Source: Podarcis gaigeae | Lineage: Eukaryota | Strand: one strand, 5' to 3' | DNA: 64,000 nt | Assembly (NCBI GenBank): GCA_964106915.2 | Contig: OZ066920.1 | Shown here: positions 54,151 through 64,000 of the stretch, piece by piece | Layout: every line of letters starts with the position of its first letter | Position numbering within the stretch: position 1 is the stretch's first letter | Translations under genes and position numbers: made by a program | Notes under the pieces: generated by a model | The model's input: only the letters and a program-made list of their open reading frames with translations | Databases searched by the model: none | Told to the model about the DNA's origin: nothing

Positions 54151-55111
54151 ATGTAAACAGCTTTAATAATAATATCAGTGGGTATTATAATATATGCTCA
54201 TAGTTTGAGCATATTCACTGTTACCAACCAAGCCTGCATGACCTCCGGATCATATATTACACATATACACACATATCACTGTGGAGTTGATATTTCAAGG
54301 TTTTAGGCTGCTAACTAGAGCATGTCACATGGAAGCAGAGCCATAATTTTATTACTAGGGACAATTAACAAAAACCCACTGAGTCTCAATTTGGATTCAA
54401 AGGTTGAAACACACTTCAAAAGAGAGAAGTATAAGTTTCCTCCATTTCATAGTGCTCAAGAATCTGGAGTCAGTTCTGTATGTCTGGTACAGTGAATCAT
54501 GAATCCCCGAATGTAAGACACAGTCTACCTTTCTGTGCTTGCAAACTGTGTGTCAATCAGAATTTCTTAGTTTCTTATAGCTATGATTGGGGGGTGGGAA
54601 AGGAGGTACCAAATGGCAAGCCTTTGTAGGTCATCCTCAAGACATGCACAGCTCGCATGGGCTACTCTGAAGAGTCCTCAAAATATAACTTTAGAAACTA
54701 ACAAGTTTGCCTAAAGTGAGAACACAGTTCTGAATCTTGTTTACCTGTATGAAAACAACACAGAAGGTGTTCTACACATAGAGAGCAGCAAGATGGAAAA
54801 TGCAATGGGGAGAAAGAAAGAAAGTAAGAAGAACAAATAGCAGACAATGTGTATGTTGTACCAGGGGAAATGAAGTAATGGAGGGATAAAAGAAACATTT
54901 AAATCAGTTTGAATAATCGATTAAAATTAACAGCTAAACATTGGATAGAGCAAAGCTGCAATCATATACATACTTGCATAGAATTCAGGTGACTTCTCAG
55001 TAAACACGCATAGGATTGTGATGGGTGTGGACTGTTTCACCACCGCAGTAGGATAATATAAAGGGGAATGGAAAGCTGGAGATATTAGCTTAAGGTTAAC
55101 ATATATAAACA

Positions 55112-55243
55112 GTTACAGATAGGTAGCCGTGTTGGTCTGCCATAGTCAAAACAAAAAAAATTCCTTCCAGTAGCACCTTAAAGACCAACTAAATTAGTTC
55201 CTGGTATGAGCTTTCATGTGCATGCACACTTCTTCAGATACCA
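55112..55243 (-). mobile_element. Neptune-type PLE terminal fragment
   Basis: Same terminus as 44804-44896, extended through a hammerhead motif. Confidence 0.8.
55202..55243 (-). ncRNA. Minimal type I hammerhead ribozyme motif
   Basis: Minus strand TGGTAT-CTGAAGA-A-GTGTGCATGCACAT-GAAA-GC-TC-ATACCA: perfect 6-bp stem I, core, stem II, palindromic stem III. Confidence 0.85.
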
Positions 55244-56835
55244 AACTTGGATCATTGGCTGAAACTTGGTTGGTAACAGTGAATATGCTCAAATTTGGAT
55301 CATTGGCTGAAACTTGGATCATTGGTTGATGTACCCAAAGTGCTATCTATATTGACTGGTGGCAGCTTTGAAAGCTCTTTCTCAGCCTTGCTGTCTGAAA
55401 TACGGATAACTCTAGAAGCTTGGACTTTCTGAATGGAAAACTTTCACTCAGCTAGTCAGCTACAGCCCCTGAAGAAACGTGTGTGGATGTTTTCGCCCTG
55501 GATTGGTGCAGTGAGGAAAAGAGGAAGTAAAGACAGAATTTTGATAAATGGCAGCATAGAACATGATCATCAAAACAACAAGATTCCAGAAAAGGAATTT
55601 GGTTGAACGGGACTGCACAATGTCTGGCTGAAAGGCATGCTTTTGATACTTAGCCAGGCAAAGGAATGAATGTACACTGATGTGGACCATTTATTCTTAG
55701 AAATATTCATTACTAATTTGAGTAACAATTGCTTGCCAATGGAAAAGTATCTCTGCTGTGTTGTTAATAATATTTAGGGCTACAGTTTCCACTGCTGCCT
55801 GTCAAATATTTTCAAAGGCATCACGTAGGCACAATCCAACACGGACTCAGTCAAGAGGCTTCAGGATAATTATATGTAGGATGCTAAATATGTTCATTAG
55901 GCTTGAACTGAAAGCATATGTGGTACTTTTTGCAAACACTTCTTATGTTTAGGGTTTCAAGACAACAACCCTAAAGAGACAGGCATTCAGAATAAAGACA
56001 GTGTGAGGGGAAATTGTCTTAGGTTGCCCTAAGTGCATCCTGGGATCTTTTTTGGAGGGAGGGGTTGTTTAAATAGCAGGCAATTTTTATTTTTATGTGC
56101 CAATTGGGGAAAGCATTTAGAAACTTGACCCTGTGACCATTCATCCCTCCTGCCAAAGAAATATCAGTCATGTGCCTCCCCTCCTACTGCAAGGTCTTTT
56201 ATTCCGCCTTTCAGGAAACAATAGTATTATGCATTTTCAAACTCCCTGAATACCTAAATGCTAATCGTTCACTGAAGTTTGTACTACTAAAAAGTGTTGT
56301 GAATGTCAGCTTAACTTGATTTCTAACTTAAGCTTCCTATCATGTGTGACTGTTCTACAACCCCCCACATATGGATTACTTCATGGCTTAGGGCTGTAAT
56401 TATCTGCTTGAGCCTCCAGCTGCTTGTCCCACAATCAAGCAAATTAAATCATTACAAATCCAATATACCTTACTATGCTGATCCTACTAAGTTGCTGAGA
56501 ACCTATATAAAGCATTGTGCAATCCTACACAATCTTGTTCTCATCTTAAGTGGTGTCTCTATATTCCCAAATGTTTTACAAAACAATAAAATATTTCTCT
56601 AACAGTAACATTTATTTCAGAGTAATGTTGTTCAAAAGACCAAATAGCCATTATACAAATGTTTGTAGCCATCAAACAAATGGCTTTTTCCATTCTTTTA
56701 ATCAAGCAATGTGCTTCAGAATATAACATCTTCAAAATATATATTTAATATTAAGTAGCACATTTGTAGAATATGGTAAAACTCATGGTGTACAATTGAC
56801 TGAGAAATGCTGCTGAGAAAGTCCAAATGAAATTA

Positions 56836-57072
56836 CAGTGGTACCTCAGGTTAAGAACTTAATTCGTTCTGGAGGTCCATTCTTAACCTGAAACTGTTTT
56901 AACCTGGGGTACCACTTTGCCTAATGGGGCCTCCCGCTGCCGCCGTCCTGCCACCATGTGATTTCTGTCCTCATGCTGAAGCAAAGTTCTTAACCCGAGG
57001 TACTATTTCTGGGTTAGTGGAGTCTGTAACATGAAGCGTCTGTAAGATGAAGTGTCTGTAATAGGAGTACTG
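56836..57072. mobile_element. Tigger-like MITE family A
   Basis: TA-CAGTGGTACCTCAGGTTAAG; homologous to 202-426; right TIR degenerate. Confidence 0.85.
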
Positions 57073-58131
57073 CAAAGATTTTAGGCTTAGTCTTCCAAGT
57101 TCTGCACTTGCACAAGTTCCAAGAAAAATGAGGAAAGATTGGATAAATGCCTAGGGTCTCTTATGTTGTGGAAGTGATCTTGACACAATGAACTGCTGCT
57201 AGCTTCTGCTGCTTGCTGAATGGAAGCTGCTGGCCCTGACTTGTAGAAACCTGTAGGAGGACCAGAATGATTTGACCCATCCTATAACCTCTAATGGTTA
57301 TTTTGTTGAATGTTTTTGAAACCTGGGTCAAATGACCTGGTAGAATTTATTCTGCTGGATGTGGGTGTTCATATGTTCTCTTGTTTTGCCTTTTTAACTT
57401 ATTAGAGGCAGTATAACACTAAAAACAGAAGCCAATTCTGTTCTGCCTCCACACTGCTACATATTTGCCTCCTGTCTAGGAATGGACTGAAGTGTTTATT
57501 CCAAATTTGTCACCCCATTCGGAAGGCAGTTAATTCCAGGTAGCCGTTTCAGAGGCTGTGGTTTTGCACCCAAAATAGTTTTTTGGAGGAAGGGCTTACC
57601 ATAGCAGTGAAAGCATGAATTCACTCTCCCCCTTTTTTCTTTTCTTTCTTCATGGCCCCTCTTCTCCCTTGAAGTTTGGTATTTACCCCCAAATGCCCCT
57701 TAAAAATATGGCAAAAGACTGAAACGAAAGTTTGAGGACCTGATTCTGCTGTAGACAGAAACAGGCAGCAAGACTCTATCTTTGTTTTTATCCTTGAAAC
57801 ATTCTGGCACCAACTGCTTCCCTCACCACCTGGTCCGGCCCCCAAAATAATTAACACAATCAAGGAACAGGCATGTTTTTAGTACAGTATGTCTCACTAT
57901 CCTTTCATTAAAATTCGTTTAAGGGAGCTTTCAAGTAGATCCTTCCTATTGTAAGGACATTCTCTGAAATGTTTGGCTTAAAGAATTCAAACAGTTTACA
58001 AATGTTCGTAGGTGGTTCTGCATGAACATTGTACAGTTCGGATAGTAAAGTGTTTGCGATCTTTATGGCTTCATCACTGTCTAATATTTCTACAAGATAC
58101 AGTAGAAAGATACAGTACCATATCCTAACCT

Positions 58132-58280
58132 GGATAGCTCAGTTGGTTAGAGTGTGATGCTGATAATACCAAGGTTGCAGGTTTGAACCCTTTATGGGAC
58201 AGCTGCATATTCCTGCATTGCAGGGGGTTGGGCTAGATGATCCTCAGGGTCACTTCCAACTCTACAATTCCATGATTCTA
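58132..58280 (+). mobile_element. tRNA-head SINE with CR1-type tail
   Basis: TAGCTCAGTTGGTTAGAG...GCTGATAA...GCAGGTTTGAACCC (tRNA-Ile-like) followed by TTCCAACTCTACAATTCCATGATTCTA. Confidence 0.78.
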
Positions 58281-58304
58281 GCAATCCTACACATGCTTGT
58301 TTGA

Positions 58305-59140
58305 AATCATTCAGTCAGGATTATACCAGACTGAGTGTGTTTTGTGTGTAGTGTGCTTTCTTCTTTGGCGATCACTTGTAGCTGAGTAAGATTGTCTTCC
58401 ATAAACACAGTTTTAACAATGAGTCCGCAAGTGACTGTGGAGGCCAATTCTGGATCCGCATGTCCTTCCACAGTGGGGACATTGGTTTCCGGGTGGGAAT
58501 TGATCATGGTGAGGGTTTGCCTAGCGTACTTTCCTCTTAGCGTGTTTCTCCCTTTCGTCCTGAGTTTAAGCGTTTTCAAAGCCCAGTATACTTTTTGTAA
58601 GGGCTGTTCTCCAACTGGAGCGCTTGCAGGCCAGTGTTTCCCAGTTGTCGGTGTTTATACTACATTTTTAAAGACTTGCCTTGAGAGAGTCTTTGAACCT
58701 CTTTTGTTGACCACCAGCATTACGCTTTCCATTTTAAAATTTGTAATAGAGTAGTTGCTTTGGAAGCTGATAATCAGGTACCCACACAACATGACCAGTT
58801 CAACAGAGTTGGTGTTGAAGAATGATTGCTTCGACACTGGTGATCTTTGCTTCTTCCACTACAATGGCATCAGTTTGTCTGTCTTCCCAAGTGATGTGTA
58901 ATTTTTTTCGGAGACACCGTTGATGGAATCTTTCGAGGAGTTGGAGATGGCATTTATACGTTTCATAAGCATGCAGTAAGGTTGGTAAACTTTGTAAACA
59001 AACTTTGTAAACAAGGATTTTGGTTTCCCTGCCAATGTCCTGGTCCTCAAATACTCTGCACTTCAGTCGGGAGAAAGCTGCACTCACAGAGCTCAGGCGA
59101 TGCTGGATTTCGGCATCAATGTTGGCCCTTGTGGAAAGTG
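58305..59140 (-). mobile_element. 5'-truncated, frameshifted RTE-clade LINE
   Basis: AAFSRLKCRVF...ERFHQRCLRK...TWEDR, then GHVVWVPDYQLPKQLL and C-terminal CPHCGRTCGSRIGLHSHLRTH. Confidence 0.88.
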
Positions 59141-59581
59141 TCGTGTTCAGCGCTGCTGCTAAAGCACAATAACATTTTTAATTTTACAATGAATAAAAAA
59201 TAACTATTTTTTTTGTTCCACAATTAAACCACTAACTCTTTTATTGCCACATTTTTTAAATTATCTTTCCCCCCCTTATAAATTGCTTTAGTGGTGGTGT
59301 TCTCTTGTATGACATTTTACTGTTATGAAATGCAATGATGTCAGACTCTTTTTGTGGGATCTTTGTAAATCTTAGCTGGATCTGGGCCACAATACACCCT
59401 GCCAGTGTATGTCATATTACAAGAACTCATGACAGAGAAGTACTTGAAGGACTAAACCGGCAGCTGCCTATATTGATGGATCATATTTCTCCTGAGAAAT
59501 AGTGAGCTTTTCGTAATAATGGATTTCTGCATGTAAACATAGCATTAAATTTTCTGGATATTAACTTGTGATCAGTAACCA

Positions 59582-59799
59582 CAGTGGTACCTCTGGTTGC
59601 AGACACAATTCATTCCGGGGTGCCGTGCACACCCCAAAAAGTCTGTAACCAGAGCGGCGCTTCTGCGCATGGGCGAAGCGCGCAGAACGCTTCTGTGTGT
59701 GTGCGTGCGGTAAAACCCGGAAGTAAACACTTCTGGGTTTGCCATGTTCTTAACCCGAAAAAACACAACACGAAGCATTTGCAAGAAGAGGTATGACTG
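59582..59799. mobile_element. Tigger-like MITE
   Basis: CAGTGGTACCTCT...AGAGGTATGACTG-TA. Confidence 0.8.
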
Positions 59800-61490
59800 T
59801 ATTGCTTTTCAGATTTGTTTCTGTTAAATGGGTTCAAGATAAATACAAGAGCCATAGTTTAATGGAAACTTGACACCAATGACACCAATGCACTCCCACT
59901 ACCCAGGAAAACAGTGTGTCTCTTTTGCCACCCTCTCTGGCATTGTCACTTGGGGACCCTGGAGCAGGCAGCTGACTTAGGGTGTCATGAAAGGGCAGCA
60001 AACAATCAGTTACTACATTTTTACTGCTGAGCCAGGGATTGGAGGGGAGGGGCTTTCTTTATCCAGCACCAAAATAACTTGGCTGGCTCTGGCTTCCACC
60101 TCACCTTGACTAGAATGGGAGGCACTATTTCCCGCTCTTTCTCAGGAAATCAAATATTTTGGTCCAGCCCTGTCTTATTCACATCTGCTGTTCAAGCTTA
60201 GCAAGAAAAGGCTAAAATTTCAGAACAAGATTTATTAATTAATTGAAATATTTTTGAACGTAAGTGTCAAAGAAAACGGATATTGCATTTTAATCATTTT
60301 TTACTGTTGCAGGCTGAAAAATGTGTACTCCATTACTGTTTTACTGTGCTTAAGAATAGTGGGAAATATTTCTACTAGGACTAGCAAAGATCTGTCACCT
60401 TAGTTTATATCAATATATAAATGCTGTCAAGTCCCCATCATTATTTTGGCATCCCATCTTTCAAAACCTGTTTGTCAAATTTTTGTGTTCTGAAAAAGCA
60501 CAGCTCACTGCTTTCAACCATCCTTACTATTCCCATATATTACCTCTTTTCTTAACTCCTCTCTATAAATCCTGTGAAATGCTTTACCCCAGCTTCGTTT
60601 TTCCCCATTTTCTATCCTTTCCCCATCTACGGGTTTCCTCTTTTACTTTTTTCAGGATGTGCAAACTCATTTGAGAGGTATTCAAAATCGTTACGATAGT
60701 TTAGAGAAGTTTTGAGCTTTGAAAATAAACATTGAGACTGACTTATAAGGCTTCTGGTTTCAGGCTTTCCAGACAGTCAGGCATCACTTTTTTTCCTCCC
60801 CGCCTTTCTTTTTTAAATACAGCTTCAAATGTTATACAATGACTTTAAGGGGAAAGATCTGAAACTCAAGGATAGTGCAAGACATACACAAGTGCCTTAG
60901 GGGGGCACATGCAGCTCATTAGCTTTGTGCTGTTCATTCCAGGTTTCTTAAATTTAAGAACAGCAGGCGTGCGTCTGTATTGGTGAGAAATTCAGCTTAC
61001 TGTGTGGTTGTCGGTCCTCAGTGTTTGTGAAATTTAACCATGGTGCATGTCATAGAACACTAACCACATAGTGTGTTAAATAATGGATGGCTGTTTTTCA
61101 TGGAGAACAGATGAGTTTTGGAGTTTTACTTATAAAATAAGCATGAACTTTGGAACTTTTAGTTCAATTGGTATGAAATTTGAGGCGTTGAAAATGTGGT
61201 GGTGTGTGGCATATGTAGAAATTCCAAAGTTTTTTGTATTGACTATTGGGTGTATCAGAAAATAATAAGGATCACTGTATTTTGAAATTAAGATTGTAAC
61301 ATGAGGACTGCCCTCTGTTTGATATTCCTCAAGCGTCCTTAAGCCTATGTGAGTCTGCATACTGGTATTAAATTTGATTGATGGTTTGGATTATACCTAT
61401 ACCCTTCAGAAGCATCTTGAATCCAGCCTGCTAGCAAAATTACTATTCTGGCACTGATAAGCTAATTGACACATGATGTAACAAAACTTA

Positions 61491-61690
61491 TTAGTTTTTC
61501 TTTAACCCACAAGAGATGGCATTGAACTTCTTGATAAACCATAACTCAGCTGTTTCATGTTCTTTTCGAGTTTCTCTTTCCAGAATGACCACTTTATGAT
61601 CAGTTTCAGAATATCCTGGGAGGTAGAAATGTTCTCCCACTGGTTTATAGATACTGCCATTTCTGATGTCTAATATCTGTCTTAAAGGCA
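61491..61690 (-). mobile_element. Decayed Neptune-type PLE endonuclease C-terminus
   Basis: DIRNGSIYKPVGEHFYLPGYS...KVVILE...ETAELWFIKKF...GL matches the end of reptile Neptune GIY-YIG domains as I recall them. Confidence 0.7.
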
Positions 61691-64000
61691 CCCTACTTGT
61701 TGCTCTGTTGCTTTCAGGGGTCCAGTTATGTTTTCAAGGTACATTGAGGGAGAGAAATTACATTTCCATAGAATCAGCAGTGTGTTGTTAGTTACAAAAT
61801 GTAATTTCTTCTCCCTGGTCCCATGCTGACACCCACGTACACCAGCACTTCCATTGTGAGCTCAGTTCCCCTGTTATTTGTGTCACTGATGATAAAAACT
61901 GAGTGCCGCATGGGAGGTACAGGCCTTCCAGAGTACCTTAGTTGTGGATGTTAGCGTACCTTTGTGGAAACTGGAAGACTCTAATAGGTAGATGTCAATT
62001 TTCCATAATATTTCTCCTATCTTTCAAGAGAGAAAAGGGGATCCTTGATCCCTTATTTCTCTGCTTGATCACTGAGGTCTTTGAGTGCATCACGGTTAGT
62101 GATCCCTCTCAGCTCAGATGTATGGCTTGTATCTACTAGTACCTGTGTATTCAGTATTGTAGGCCCAGTCTTATGGAACTCCTGCTGAGGGGTCATAGGC
62201 ACCAAAGACCCGTTTATTCCAGCAGGTTTTTAAAATTGAATTCTGATTTTGCTGTTTTAGTTCACTTTTAGTTTCATTGATTTGAGTCTTATGTACATCA
62301 GTTAGAGATGACTGTGATTAAGTAGTATGCAAATAAGTAAGCAAGCAAGCAAGCAAGCAAGCTGTATAGACCAACGAAGGTGTGGCCTTATGGCTTTCTG
62401 ACAATTCTCCATTGCAAAGGTGTTGCTCATCTGGTGATCTCTCAAGGATGCATCTTGTTATTCTAAGGATCTGTGGTTTAAAAAAGTCATGTTCATTGAA
62501 ATTTCTGAAAAACTGATTCATAAAATACGTGCCACCAGGGGTAATGTGGACCCCTCTAGCTTTGCTTGCATAGGGACGTTTGTGATTTATATAACCAAAT
62601 CTCATGGTTAGCACATTCCCACTAAACATGAGCTTATTTGGCTACATTCATGGTTATTCGGTTATGTTTGGTACAAATGTGAACCTTGTATTCCACTATG
62701 GAATGTATTTTACGCCACAAATTCATTTCTTTTTAAAAGCTTTCTATGATTATTATTTTATTATCTCTTAATTTTATTCTTCCTGCTTTTATAGCTGTTT
62801 TTATTATTACTTTTAGCTTGATGTTTTGTTTGTTTGAATAAAAAATTAACTTTCATTTACATTTTCGCCCCCTTGAAATTTCAAAAAGCCTAAAGAGCCT
62901 CATGAGCAAAATAGAGGAACATAGTTATTCTCTTCTGAAATGTCATGCCTTGAACATATAGATTATTGATAGACCTGTGATGATCTCAAGCAAACATACT
63001 TCCACATATTTTGAACAATGAAGCAGAAGAAAATAGCCATTCTCTTTTAATTCAGCAAGTTCTTTCTTCTGCTAAGGTTCTGGATCACACAGTATTGCTC
63101 TTCTGATTTAGCTTGTTGCATGGAAAGGAGTTAGTGTACACCAGCCACACATACCAATGCGGAAGATGGAACATTTGAATGTCATCTACGCATGTAAAAT
63201 CTAACATGTGTAGGCTAAAATGATATGGGTTGATTTTACATCATGTGCACTGCATGACATTAGCTTATTCAGGTTGAATTTTGTATGCACAACAAACTGA
63301 TTATCTATGCATGTGCACTAAAAGTGAAGACCGAACAACACAATCTGATTTTTTATTAAAGTGACAAAATTATAGTGCCATAAGACCTGAGGGAAGAAAT
63401 AGTTAAGATTGACTAAAAATGAGTCCACCAGGTTTACCTAATTCCTTCACCATAGTTCCAGTAAATTCAAATGTTTTATGGAATTTCACTCTTTTGAATG
63501 ACCATATGTGCAAAGTAGTATTTATTTTTAGGATTTTCAGAATACTAATTTGCAACAGGTCTCTTAGAAGCTCTTTGCTCCTCCTTGCCACAATGTATAC
63601 CCTGGATATAACATAGACAAGGCTCAGTGGATACTTGCTTATGTGCCACTAATGATATGTGGGTAGTGTCACTAGCAAAGATGGTGGTAAAGTTCGTCAT
63701 CCTCAGGCTCAAAAACAACACTTGCCTCAATGAGAGATGAGTACCTGCTGTTACTGAATTCTTCTTTGGCTCAGAGAAGATCAGCAGGGCAAAAACCCAC
63801 TCGCCTTGGCCAGTGTAGGCCTCTAAAAAGGGGCCACTGAGGGAGGACTTTTAGGCTAGATCCTAAGCCTATTCAGCTCATTTACTGCATGTGACCTGGC
63901 ATCCTAGCATAGAACATTATTTAAAAGACTTGTTTTTCCTCTGTCAGGTTTAGCCAGAACAGCAGCAGCAGCCCTACTGATAAATGGGGTTTGGATCTTG

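Noticed and set aside
58132-58205. tRNA-like sequences (also 34174 and 26320)
   Set aside because: Degenerate and fused to LINE-derived tails; SINE heads, not tRNA genes.
61780-61930. Possible DIRS terminal remnant
   Set aside because: Resemblance too weak to support without a repeat-library search.
40095-64000. Downstream ALKAL1 exons
   Set aside because: No IFPRD/KDKF or HFHRLY coding segment found by eye; probably beyond the window, though a short exon could have been missed.

Overview
Vertebrate genomic DNA, most likely a squamate and probably a lacertid lizard (inferred from Sauria-type SINEs and young L2, RTE and Penelope elements). The only host coding sequence I can support is coding exon 1 of ALKAL1 (FAM150A, a secreted ALK/LTK ligand) at 39689-40094 (+). 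It lies in a CpG island and is followed by an intron of more than 23.9 kb that appears to run off the window. The rest is intergenic or intronic and rich in transposons: L2, L1 and RTE LINE fragments, SINEs, Tigger-like and hAT MITEs, and LTRs. The most structured region is 13.15-14.85 kb, where two Penelope-like retroelement (PLE) insertions sit in tandem within a (TA)n tract. They carry a GIY-YIG endonuclease ORF, inverted pseudo-LTRs and three intact minimal hammerhead-ribozyme motifs. A second, Neptune-type PLE family has left a complete hammerhead at 55.2 kb, next to a 29-bp inverted copy of DNA from about 1 kb away. There is one 132-N assembly gap. All calls were made by eye; no database search was run.
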